Source: Acutalibacteraceae bacterium
GTDB taxonomy: Bacteria; Bacillota; Clostridia; Oscillospirales; Acutalibacteraceae
DNA: 64,000 bases
NCBI GenBank assembly: GCA_045538645.1
Contig: JAZSRT010000023.1
Location: 176 to 64,175, forward strand
Direction of reading: 5' to 3'
A model generated the notes under the pieces. That model made no database searches. It was given only the letters and a program-made list of their open reading frames with translations, and was not told the origin of the DNA. The translations under genes and the position numbers were made by a program. This document shows, piece after piece, positions 1 through 8,243 of the stretch (its first letter is position 1; each line of letters starts with the position of its first letter).

Positions 1-67
1 TTTTTACCAAAAGATCAAATCTATTTAATAGCAAGAAAATCTGATTGCCGTAATTTATTCTTTTAAG

Positions 68-96
68 TTGAAAACTTTATAAATATATTGTATAAT
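68..96 (+). promoter_or_regulatory. sigma-A-type promoter upstream of GH130 gene
   Basis: TTGAAA (68-73), 17-nt spacer, TATAAT (91-96). AGGAGG at 112-117 lies 9 nt before ATG 127. Confidence 0.5.
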
Positions 97-126
97 TAAC
101 TTAATAACTTCAGGAGGTTATTTTTT

Positions 127-1077
127 ATGGCAAAAATTATAGGTATGAATATCCCGAACATTCCTTGGGAAGAAAAGCCCGAAGGATATAAATATCCCGT
201 ATGGCGATTTTCCGGAAATCCGGTTATAACAAGAGATAATTTATTCGGTGCAAACAGTATATTCAATTCTGCCGTTGTTCCTTACGGTGACGGTTTTAAA
301 GGTGTTTTCAGAGTTGACGATATTTCCCGTGACCATACACTTGTTACAGGTGAGAGTAAAGACGGTATAAACTGGAATCTTGACAGCAAGGTTATCTTCA
401 GAGGTTATGACCCAAGACTTTGTGAAATAGACGGAAAATATTATCTTTCATGGGTAAATCTTACTCCTCGCGGAACTACTATCGGCATTGCATACACTAC
501 CGATTTTGAAGAATGGATACAGTTAGAAGACGCTTGCTACCCTGTTGCAAGAAACGGTGTATTATTCCCCCGCAAAGTAAACGGTGAATATATGCTTCTT
601 ATCCGCCCCTGTGACAGAGGTCACACTCCCTACGGCGACATTTTTATTCAGCAAAGTAAAGACCTTGAATATTGGGGCAAATACCGTTTTGTTATGAAAC
701 CCGAAAAGAATTGGGAAATGACAAAAGTCGGAGCAGGTCCCACTCCCATTGAGACAGACGAAGGCTGGCTTATGTTCTATCACGGAGTTCTTACATCCTG
801 TAACGGTTTTACATATGCTATGGGCGCTGCAATACTTGATAAAGATGAACCCTGGAAGGTTCTTCACCGTGCTGATTGCTTCCTGCTTGCTCCGCATGAA
901 AATTATGAGCTTGTGGGCGATGTTCCCAATGTTGTATTCCCCTGTGCCGCTCTCACTGATGCTGATACAGGCAGAATTGCGATTTATTACGGCGGTGCAG
1001 ATACGGTTGTAGGCCTTGCATTTACTACCGTTGATGAAACAATCAAATTCATTAAAGAACATGACCTTATAAAATAA
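127..1077 (+). CDS. glycoside hydrolase family 130 protein (beta-mannoside phosphorylase-like)
   Basis: 316-aa ORF with a strong SD. The sequence is recognisable as GH130 (IPWEEKP...VWRFSGNPVI...FNSAVVPY...VFRVDD; C-terminal IYYGGADT). Confidence 0.85.
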   Translation: MAKIIGMNIPNIPWEEKPEGYKYPVWRFSGNPVITRDNLFGANSIFNSAVVPYGDGFKGVFRVDDISRDHTLVTGESKDGINWNLDSKVIFRGYDPRLCEIDGKYYLSWVNLTPRGTTIGIAYTTDFEEWIQLEDACYPVARNGVLFPRKVNGEYMLLIRPCDRGHTPYGDIFIQQSKDLEYWGKYRFVMKPEKNWEMTKVGAGPTPIETDEGWLMFYHGVLTSCNGFTYAMGAAILDKDEPWKVLHRADCFLLAPHENYELVGDVPNVVFPCAALTDADTGRIAIYYGGADTVVGLAFTTVDETIKFIKEHDLIK

Positions 1078-1083
1078 TTTTTT

Positions 1084-1113
1084 GCCCGGCTGTAGTTCAG
1101 TCGGGCTATTTTT
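1084..1113 (+). terminator. rho-independent terminator after GH130 gene
   Basis: GCCCGGCTG/CAGTCGGGC stem with a 5-nt loop, followed by TATTTTT. Confidence 0.7.
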
Positions 1114-1190
1114 GAAAAAATTTATAAATATATGCAACCGAATATGATTTTTTACGACATTATAAGTGAACAGCATAATGCCGGAGGCGA

Positions 1191-1766
1191 ATGATAATGC
1201 AGGATAATAAAATAATCGAATTATATGAAAACCGTAACGAAAAAGCAATATCTGAAACTGATAAAAAATACGGTAAATACTGTTATTCGATTGCATATAA
1301 TATTCTTTTTAACACCCTTGATTCTCAGGAAGCTGTTAATGATACTTATTCAGGTGTATGGCAAAGCATCCCGCCACACAGACCAACGATTTTTTCTGCA
1401 TTCATCGGTAAAATTACACGAAGAATATCGATAGATATGCTCAGAAAAAGAAATGCCGATAAGAGAGGAAAAGGTGACGCGGAAATTGTACTTGCTGAAC
1501 TATCTGAATGTATATCATGTGGCAGTAATAATACAGAAAATGCCGTAGACGGTATAATTCTTACCGAAATAATCAACAATTTTCTTGCGTCATTACCTAA
1601 TACGGAACGTCGTGTGTTTATGTGCAGATATTGGTATATGGACCAAATTAGAAGTATCTCACGTCAGTTCGGTTTTTCGGAAAGCAAAATAAAGTCAATG
1701 CTTTTCAGAACAAGACAAAAACTAAAAACCGTTCTTGAAGAGGAGGGATATAATGTTAACGCCTGA
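1191..1766 (+). CDS. RNA polymerase sigma-70 factor, ECF subfamily
   Basis: 191 aa with region 2 (DSQEAVNDTYSGVW) and region 4 HTH (ISRQFGFSESKIKSMLFRTRQKL). GGAGG at about 1181 fits the second ATG at 1197 slightly better. Confidence 0.85.
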   Translation: MIMQDNKIIELYENRNEKAISETDKKYGKYCYSIAYNILFNTLDSQEAVNDTYSGVWQSIPPHRPTIFSAFIGKITRRISIDMLRKRNADKRGKGDAEIVLAELSECISCGSNNTENAVDGIILTEIINNFLASLPNTERRVFMCRYWYMDQIRSISRQFGFSESKIKSMLFRTRQKLKTVLEEEGYNVNA

Positions 1767-2385
1767 AATATTGCTTGATGCTGTCGGAAATGTAAAAGAA
1801 GAATATATTGCAGAAGCAAAAAACAAAAAATCAATAATTAAGAAATTTTTTACATATTCTTCTGTCGCTGCAGCTTGTATGATAATTTTTGTTTTAATCA
1901 TAAATATACCGAATTTTCAAGGAATGAAAGCAGAAGGTGGCGACACCTTCAGAAACGGTTTTCATATTGAAAACATTCAGATATCGGATTTAACAGAAAA
2001 TTATAACGGAAAGCTTCTTGCAGAAAACATTGTCGGTGATAATTATTTTGAATTTTATTCAAAAACCGAAGAATTTTCCGAGAATTCTGAAAACTGGTAT
2101 TCTCTGATATTTTCAGAACGCAATGAGGAATATAAATTGCTGATGCACTGTATGTTCGGAGAAAAGGCAGAAGACTGGAAAATTGATATGGTATTTACCG
2201 ACAAAGCAACACAAACAGTAACTACAAACGGCACTGAAGTTGAAATAGCCCGTTTTGACCTTAGTTTTGAATACACGTATTGTTATTATGCTCTGTTTGA
2301 GTATGACGGTACTGTTTATGATTTAAGAATTAATTCAGACAATGAAGATACTGTATTTATGATACTTAACAGACTAATAAAGTGA
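1753..2385 (+). CDS. membrane protein, putative anti-sigma factor partner of the ECF sigma
   Basis: GAGGAGGG lies 6 nt before ATG 1753, and the start overlaps the sigma stop (1766) by 14 nt. One TM segment (SSVAAACMIIFVLIINI). No HxxxCxxC zinc anti-sigma motif. Confidence 0.6.
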   Translation: MLTPEILLDAVGNVKEEYIAEAKNKKSIIKKFFTYSSVAAACMIIFVLIINIPNFQGMKAEGGDTFRNGFHIENIQISDLTENYNGKLLAENIVGDNYFEFYSKTEEFSENSENWYSLIFSERNEEYKLLMHCMFGEKAEDWKIDMVFTDKATQTVTTNGTEVEIARFDLSFEYTYCYYALFEYDGTVYDLRINSDNEDTVFMILNRLIK

Positions 2386-2396
2386 GGTGCATAATA

Positions 2397-3833
2397 ATGA
2401 AAAAAATTATATCCGTATTTTTAACTGCTTTATTACTGACATTTAGCTTTAGTTTATCTGCATCTGCAAATTCAGCTCAGACCTGGTGGGAAGGTACAGA
2501 TGCCTCAGGCGTAATAACAACCGATGAAAACTGTCCGCTGATTGTAAAAAATGAAGTACTGACATTTAACATTGATTCTTTTCCGTTATCCTATTACAGG
2601 TCAGCAGAAGCTTTTATGAAATACTCAGCTTCAGTTACAGCCCAATACACATTTTATAACCCCGCAGATTATTCCGTTACAGCAAAACTGTTATTCCCCT
2701 TTGGTGAAAAACCTATGTATTTATATAACTATTTTAATGAAAGTACACAAGAATACAGCGATGCCGATGATACGGAAAAATATGAAATTACTCAAAACGG
2801 TGTTCCTGTAGATAAAAAATTAAGATATACTCTTAACAGAGGGAACTTTGATATTAATAAGGACTTACAGCGAATTAAGGAAGGATTTACTAAAGACAGC
2901 TTTTATTACCCCGAAATGCCTGTAAAGAAATGCACATTTCTTGCTTCATCCATAGATCCCGAAAATGATAACGCAGCAAATGCGGGCTATGACCTGCCTG
3001 AATTCGACGGAAAAACAAAATATTATTTTGTTCAGCAATCGGGTTTCCAAAAACTAAAAAACGGTGAAAACAGACACAGCACATGGGTTGAAAACGGAGA
3101 CGAATTTACGGTTTATGTAATCGGTGATACCTCTGTGAAATTTCCCGAATGGACTGTATTTAAAAACAGCGGAAGAAAAGACAATGAAATAATTGATGGT
3201 GCTATTACTCTGATTTCAGAAGAAAACATAACTTTTTCAGACCTTGTTTTTTCTCAGTATGACGAAAGCTACGGTATTCAGAGGCACGATTGGTATAATG
3301 CCGTAGTTGAAATTATGAATATTAATGAAGATGAATCGGGAGCTGTTACAGGCGGTGAAGGATTATTATTTATTAAAGATGATTTGCTCAGATGGTACGA
3401 ATACGAAATTACGGTTGATGCAAAAAGTGAAGTAATAAATTGTGTAAATGCACCTGTATATCCCGAAATTGACTCAAATTATTCACCTTCAGTATATGAT
3501 TATCTGTATCTGCTCTCCCCTGCTTCCACCTGGGCAGATTTCGGTTCATTGGATATAATAGTCAATACTCCGTATTTCATTACAGACAGCGGAAATTTCA
3601 GTTTTACCGAAACCGATTTCGGATATGAACTGAAGCTTGATAAATTACCCGAAGAAGAGCTTTCATTCAGAATGTCAACAGTTGAAAATCCCATAAAGCC
3701 CGCAAAACACATTACAGATATAATACCTGTTGAAATTTTGATAATGCTTTCAACAATAGCGGCTGCTGTTGCAGTTATAATTTCAATTATTACACTTATC
3801 AGAAAAAAGTATCTGAAGGAACACAAAACTTAA
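2397..3833 (+). CDS. hypothetical secreted protein with C-terminal membrane anchor
   Basis: GTGAGGTG SD precedes ATG 2397. Signal peptide (KKIISVFLTALLLTFSFSLSASA) and C-terminal TM (ILIMLSTIAAAVAVIISIITLI) followed by a basic tail. No catalytic motif recognised. Confidence 0.7.
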   Translation: MKKIISVFLTALLLTFSFSLSASANSAQTWWEGTDASGVITTDENCPLIVKNEVLTFNIDSFPLSYYRSAEAFMKYSASVTAQYTFYNPADYSVTAKLLFPFGEKPMYLYNYFNESTQEYSDADDTEKYEITQNGVPVDKKLRYTLNRGNFDINKDLQRIKEGFTKDSFYYPEMPVKKCTFLASSIDPENDNAANAGYDLPEFDGKTKYYFVQQSGFQKLKNGENRHSTWVENGDEFTVYVIGDTSVKFPEWTVFKNSGRKDNEIIDGAITLISEENITFSDLVFSQYDESYGIQRHDWYNAVVEIMNINEDESGAVTGGEGLLFIKDDLLRWYEYEITVDAKSEVINCVNAPVYPEIDSNYSPSVYDYLYLLSPASTWADFGSLDIIVNTPYFITDSGNFSFTETDFGYELKLDKLPEEELSFRMSTVENPIKPAKHITDIIPVEILIMLSTIAAAVAVIISIITLIRKKYLKEHKT

Positions 3834-3850
3834 TAAAAATATTTAACGTA

Positions 3851-3880
3851 CAGTCGGAGAGAAAATGTATTCTTCGACTG
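3851..3880 (+). terminator. stem-loop terminator candidate after 2397-3833
   Basis: CAGTCGGAGA/TCTTCGACTG 10-bp stem (one G-U) with a 10-nt loop. The T-tract is weak (TTATCGTTT). Confidence 0.5.
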
Positions 3881-3887
3881 TTATCGT

Positions 3888-3916
3888 TTGACAAGCATAG
3901 GTATTTATGCTATATT
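3888..3916 (+). promoter_or_regulatory. sigma-A-type promoter for mntP
   Basis: TTGACA (3888-3893), 17-nt spacer, TATATT (3911-3916). Confidence 0.55.
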
Positions 3917-3950
3917 AAGTGACGTTTAATACTTCAACCGGGAGAAATAT

Positions 3951-4541
3951 ATGAACATAGGTTTTTCTTTCTTTTTCAACAGTATCCTTATCGGGCTCGG
4001 ACTGGCTATGGATGCTTTTTCGGTTTCACTTGCAAACGGTCTGAATGAGCCTTGTATGAAAAAGTCAAAAATGATAGGTACCGCAGGAATTTTCTCTGTT
4101 TTTCAGGCTTTAATGCCAATGATAGGCTGGATATGCATCTCTACCGTTGCGCAGAGATTTGCGGCATTTCAGAAATTTATTCCTTGGATAGCCCTGATGC
4201 TTCTCAGTATTATCGGCGGTAAGATGTTATATGACGGTATAAAGAATAAAGATTCTTCCTGCGAAGAAAAACCTGCAATTGGAATTACCGGTTTACTTGT
4301 TCAGGGAATTGCAACTTCAATTGATGCACTATCAGTTGGTTTTACTATTGCAAACTATAATTTTTACGAAGCATTTTTGGCTTGTATTATAATCGGAATT
4401 GTGACATTCTTTATCTGCTTTGCAGGCATAAATATTGGCAGAAAAGCCGGAACAAGACTTTCAAACAAAGCCGGTATTTTCGGCGGAGCAATACTGATTT
4501 TTATAGGACTTGAAATTTTTATAACAAGCTTTATTGGCTGA
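3951..4541 (+). CDS. mntP: manganese efflux pump MntP
   Basis: 196 aa with six hydrophobic segments and duplicated GLAMDAFSVS / ATSIDALSVG signatures typical of MntP. Confidence 0.85.
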   Translation: MNIGFSFFFNSILIGLGLAMDAFSVSLANGLNEPCMKKSKMIGTAGIFSVFQALMPMIGWICISTVAQRFAAFQKFIPWIALMLLSIIGGKMLYDGIKNKDSSCEEKPAIGITGLLVQGIATSIDALSVGFTIANYNFYEAFLACIIIGIVTFFICFAGINIGRKAGTRLSNKAGIFGGAILIFIGLEIFITSFIG

Positions 4542-4551
4542 ACAAATTTTT

Positions 4552-4580
4552 CGCACGGGAAACCTGTGCGATTTTGTTTT
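4552..4580 (+). terminator. rho-independent terminator after mntP
   Basis: CGCACGGG AAA CCTGTGCG stem followed by ATTTTGTTTT. Confidence 0.7.
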
Positions 4581-4585
4581 AAATA

Positions 4586-4614
4586 TTGACAAAATGGTCT
4601 ACATAATGTAAACT
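4586..4614 (+). promoter_or_regulatory. candidate promoter of the blaI/blaR1-like operon
   Basis: TTGACA (4586-4591), 17-nt spacer, TAAACT (4609-4614). The -10 lies inside operator box 1. Confidence 0.35.
4597..4613. promoter_or_regulatory. BlaI/MecI-type operator box 1
   Basis: GTCTACATAATGTAAAC contains the TACA-N3-TGTA dyad characteristic of BlaI/MecI/CopY-family operators. Confidence 0.6.
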
Positions 4615-4623
4615 TAAAGAGCA

Positions 4624-4640
4624 GTCTACAATATGTAAAC
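4624..4640. promoter_or_regulatory. BlaI/MecI-type operator box 2
   Basis: GTCTACAATATGTAAAC, a 15/17 direct copy of box 1 starting 27 bp downstream, with the same TACA/TGTA dyad. Confidence 0.6.
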
Positions 4641-4664
4641 TATTTTGTTCTCAGGAGTGATATT

Positions 4665-5027
4665 ATGTCCGAAATGCAATTGGGAGTTGTTGAAAGCAAA
4701 TTTGCTGATATCATATGGGAAAACGAGCCTGTTTCCTCTTCGGTAGTGATAAAGCTGTCAGAAGAGCTTCTCGGCTGGAAGAAGTCAACTACATTTACGG
4801 TGCTTCGCCGACTATGTGACAAGGGCATCTTTAAGAATGAAAAAGGCACTGTCACTTCCCTTATTTCAAAACAGGATTTTTATTCTTTGCAAAGTGAAAG
4901 ATTTGTTGACGATACCTTCGGCGGATCACTTCCGGCTTTTGTTGCTGCTTTCACAAAAAGAAAAAAGCTCTCAAAGGAAGAAATTAACGAGCTTCGGAAA
5001 ATGGTAAATGAATTTGAGGAGGAATAA
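4665..5027 (+). CDS. BlaI/MecI/CopY family transcriptional repressor
   Basis: 120-aa winged-helix protein (WKKSTTFTVLRRLCDKG). GGAG SD. A BlaR1-like gene follows 2 nt after the stop. Confidence 0.85.
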   Translation: MSEMQLGVVESKFADIIWENEPVSSSVVIKLSEELLGWKKSTTFTVLRRLCDKGIFKNEKGTVTSLISKQDFYSLQSERFVDDTFGGSLPAFVAAFTKRKKLSKEEINELRKMVNEFEEE

Positions 5028-5029
5028 AA

Positions 5030-7903
5030 ATGGAAGATATTTTTATTAAAATTCTCAATATGAGTATTACTGCCTCTTATTTTGTTCCGGCACTGTTGAT
5101 TGTAAGAGTCATATTCAGAAAAATGCCCAAATGGATAAGCTGTCTGCTCTGGGGGCTTGTGGGACTAAGACTCATTCTTCCTTTCTCGTTTGAAAGCATA
5201 TTAAGTATAATTCCCAGTGCCGAAACGGTTCCTTCTGATATTCTGATATCAGAAGAGCCTCATATAACTAGCGGAATACCTATACTTAATTCTTCTCTTA
5301 ATCCGATAATAAATGAAGCCTTTGCGCCTGAAATTCACGAAAGTGTAAATCCCTTGCAGGTTATAATTTTTATAGCTGCTGTATTATGGCTTGCGGGAAT
5401 TACCGGAATGCTTTTATACGCACTTATAAGCTATATTCTTTTACAAAAAAAGACAGAAGTATCTTTTGAAAGCGAAAAGGGCGTATTCATTTGTGACTAT
5501 ATTGATTCTCCGTTTATTTTAGGTGTTATTAAACCGAAAATATATATTCCGTCCTTCATCGGTGAGGATGACAAGTCTTTTATACTTGCACACGAAAAGG
5601 CACACATAAAAAGAAAAGATTATCTCTGGAAGCCGTTGGGATTTTTAATACTTTCGCTTCATTGGTTCAATCCCCTTATGTGGTTAGCATACATACTTTT
5701 GTGCCGTGATATTGAAGGAGCTTGTGATGAAAAAGTAATAAAAGAAATGGAAGGAACAGGAAAAAAGGCGTATTCCGAAGCTCTTATAAACTGTGCATCT
5801 CCAAGAAAATTGATAACAGCCTGTCCCCTGGCATTTGGTGAAACGGATGTTAAACAGAGAATCAAAAATGTGTTGAATTACAAAAAACCTGCTTTCTGGA
5901 TAGTGATCATTGCGCTTGTAATTGCCATAATGATGTCTGTATTTTTCCTTACAAACCCCAGAACATCAAGAATAAACAGTATTGAAGACTACGAAGATAT
6001 TTTCCGTTCCGTTGAAAAGCTTCAGTTCAAAATCCCTGAAAGCTATGTCTACACTACAGAAGATCCTTGGGATGAACTGAGAGTGCTGAAAAGAATAAGA
6101 ATTGATCCTGAAGCGATTAATGATGACAGAAGCACAGACAGAGATTCAACTTATAAAATAGAAATAAATGATAAATTTATAATTTATATCGACAGCAATT
6201 TTTCTCAGTTATGGTTAGATGACATTCATCCTATCAATCTTAATATTAATATATCCGGTTCTTCAATTCTTAAAATTGACGAAGGCGAATTGCCGTCACT
6301 CTCATACAGAATTGAAAATCCCGAAATACTGAAAAAGCTTTTCGAAGAAATATATACACCTTCGGAGCCCACAATCGGCACTGAAACATCTCCCTTGTTT
6401 ACTGATTTTGAAGGGGTATATGTGACACTTAAAAGCATTGATACAAATATTGGTGGTTATAAGGTTTTCAACCTTATTTGGAATAACACCACAGACACAG
6501 ATATAACCTACGGTGAAAGCTATGACATAGAAATAAAAAACGGAGAGAATTGGGAAAGTGTTGCCACCGAAGATCTTTATTTTAATTTAATAGGATATAT
6601 TCTAAAAGCCGACTCAACTGAGGTTAAAGAATACTCAACTCAAAGATTTGATATATCAAAAACAGGGACTTACCGACTGGTAGCCTCCTTTTCTACGGGG
6701 GATGGAAATATTTATCAAACCTATATTGAATTTCAGATAAACAATTCAGGCGGTGATATTTCTGATATAGGCGGTGTTGACGGGCCTACGGCAATTGTTA
6801 CAACAAAAAAACTGACACTTACTGATGTAATAATGCTATCCGAAAAAGGTGACAAGCTTTCGTGGGAAGATTTTGAAAAATTTTCATACATTGAAACAGG
6901 TTCGGGGCTTTATATAAGGAAATATGAAATTGACGAAAGATTTTCACTTTTAATCGGCGGCAGCGGACTTGAAGAAGAACCTATGTATATCTACCTTTCC
7001 GCCCCCGGTGAGGGTACAGAAAAGCTTATCGACATCAGATCAGGTAACGTAATGGCATTCATTGAGGATAATAAAAATAACCCGATTCCCGAGGATGCGA
7101 TAAACTTTGTGGTAAGAATGTTCCCCGTTGATAACTCCGGAGATAATCTTAAGAATATGATAGACTACGGCTCGTATGCACCGAAGCTCTATCAGAGTTA
7201 TAGGAAAAATTTTCCTACCGTAAGAATTCAAAACGAGGAAGACCTTGACAGATTTTATAAATTTTTCAATGACAAAATGGATTTCAACATGCTTTTCAAA
7301 GATACGGAAATGTCATTTTCGCAAGCAAAAAACTTATATAACGTTAAATCTACGAGCTTCTTCGATGAGCACAATCTTCTGATTGTATATGCATCAACAT
7401 CAAATGAACTTAACCGATTTGAAGCTATAAGACTTTTACCTGATGACAGAATACTTTATTTCAGCATCAGAGAAACAGTACATACCGACATTGAAAATGA
7501 AATACCGACAGGCTGGCTTATTGTTACAGAAGTTCCAAAAGAGCAGATTAAAAACATTAAGGATATAAATGCCTTTATTGAGAAAACTACGTATTTACCC
7601 GAAGAAGAACCCGAAAGTGAACCGATAAGAGTGTATATGTTCCTTGATTCATATAATGAACCGTTTAACCCGAATTTCGCTTTGTATGAAGACGGAACCT
7701 TTGTATTCAATTTCTCGCCGCTCAGCAGTTATTATTGCACGGGCACCTACCGTTATGAGGGAGATAAATTGATTCTTGATACCCGTGACGGTCTTTATAC
7801 CTATACATTCACTCAAAAAGACGATACTATGGTTTTTGATGCAAAAAATTCCTCCGAAAAGCTTTGGAATTCCGACATAAAAGACGGCAGTGTATTCAAC
7901 TAA
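5030..7903 (+). CDS. M56 (BlaR1-type) peptidase domain membrane sensor with large non-PBP C-terminal region
   Basis: 957 aa. N-terminal TM segments and the zinc protease motif HEKAHIKRKD. The roughly 650 aa after the last TM (FWIVIIALVIAIMMSVFFL) have no SxxK/penicillin-binding signature. Confidence 0.8.
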   Translation: MEDIFIKILNMSITASYFVPALLIVRVIFRKMPKWISCLLWGLVGLRLILPFSFESILSIIPSAETVPSDILISEEPHITSGIPILNSSLNPIINEAFAPEIHESVNPLQVIIFIAAVLWLAGITGMLLYALISYILLQKKTEVSFESEKGVFICDYIDSPFILGVIKPKIYIPSFIGEDDKSFILAHEKAHIKRKDYLWKPLGFLILSLHWFNPLMWLAYILLCRDIEGACDEKVIKEMEGTGKKAYSEALINCASPRKLITACPLAFGETDVKQRIKNVLNYKKPAFWIVIIALVIAIMMSVFFLTNPRTSRINSIEDYEDIFRSVEKLQFKIPESYVYTTEDPWDELRVLKRIRIDPEAINDDRSTDRDSTYKIEINDKFIIYIDSNFSQLWLDDIHPINLNINISGSSILKIDEGELPSLSYRIENPEILKKLFEEIYTPSEPTIGTETSPLFTDFEGVYVTLKSIDTNIGGYKVFNLIWNNTTDTDITYGESYDIEIKNGENWESVATEDLYFNLIGYILKADSTEVKEYSTQRFDISKTGTYRLVASFSTGDGNIYQTYIEFQINNSGGDISDIGGVDGPTAIVTTKKLTLTDVIMLSEKGDKLSWEDFEKFSYIETGSGLYIRKYEIDERFSLLIGGSGLEEEPMYIYLSAPGEGTEKLIDIRSGNVMAFIEDNKNNPIPEDAINFVVRMFPVDNSGDNLKNMIDYGSYAPKLYQSYRKNFPTVRIQNEEDLDRFYKFFNDKMDFNMLFKDTEMSFSQAKNLYNVKSTSFFDEHNLLIVYASTSNELNRFEAIRLLPDDRILYFSIRETVHTDIENEIPTGWLIVTEVPKEQIKNIKDINAFIEKTTYLPEEEPESEPIRVYMFLDSYNEPFNPNFALYEDGTFVFNFSPLSSYYCTGTYRYEGDKLILDTRDGLYTYTFTQKDDTMVFDAKNSSEKLWNSDIKDGSVFN

Positions 7904-7910
7904 AGAAAAT

Positions 7911-7930
7911 CGCCCTTCTTATGAAGGGCG
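7911..7930. terminator. bidirectional terminator between convergent blaR1-like and Dabb genes
   Basis: CGCCCTTC TTAT GAAGGGCG, a perfect 8-bp stem flanked by A/T-rich runs on both sides. Confidence 0.65.
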
Positions 7931-7938
7931 GTTAATTC

Positions 7939-8241
7939 TTATATCTCGAAATCAAGACAGCTCCTTTGCTTAGTAAAGGGGCGGACTTTTTCGTTTGCAA
8001 CATCCTGATGTGCGGGATGAACAGAATAATTTTTCAAAGCTTCTTCGCTTTCAAAAGTGCTGTCAAGCATTAAATCTGCCGTTGAAGAAGAAAGTCCGTC
8101 TGTATTGACTTTAACATCAATAAGACCGGGGATTTTACCCTGAAGTCCTTCAAGGCCTTCTTTTATGCCGAGTTTTATTTTTTCTTTTTCTTCCTGAGAA
8201 AACTCATCTTTAAGATTCCATAATATTATATGCTTTACCAT
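7939..8241 (-). CDS. Dabb (stress-responsive A/B barrel) family protein
   Basis: MVKHIILWNLKDE... is the typical Dabb N-terminus. GAGG SD lies 8 nt upstream of ATG 8241. The track ORF start at 8295 would overlap the upstream gene. Confidence 0.8.
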   Translation of the reverse strand: MVKHIILWNLKDEFSQEEKEKIKLGIKEGLEGLQGKIPGLIDVKVNTDGLSSSTADLMLDSTFESEEALKNYSVHPAHQDVANEKVRPFTKQRSCLDFEI

Positions 8242-8243
8242 GT

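Noticed and set aside
1140-1190. ECF-type autoregulatory promoter (GAAC ... CGA) upstream of the sigma gene.
   Set aside because: The only GAAC-N16-CGA match overlaps the SD and would give an essentially leaderless transcript. It is not credible without more evidence.
562-1296. 244-aa minus-strand ORF antisense to the GH130 gene and running into the sigma gene.
   Set aside because: It is entirely a shadow of two well-supported + strand genes and a terminator. The composition is Phe/Ile/Asn/Cys-rich low complexity and there is no SD. This is a typical antisense artefact in AT-rich DNA.
3834-3950. Possible yybP-ykoY manganese riboswitch upstream of mntP.
   Set aside because: The promoter -10 ends at 3916, leaving only about 30 nt of leader. 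None of the conserved riboswitch sequence blocks or the four-helix architecture is present.
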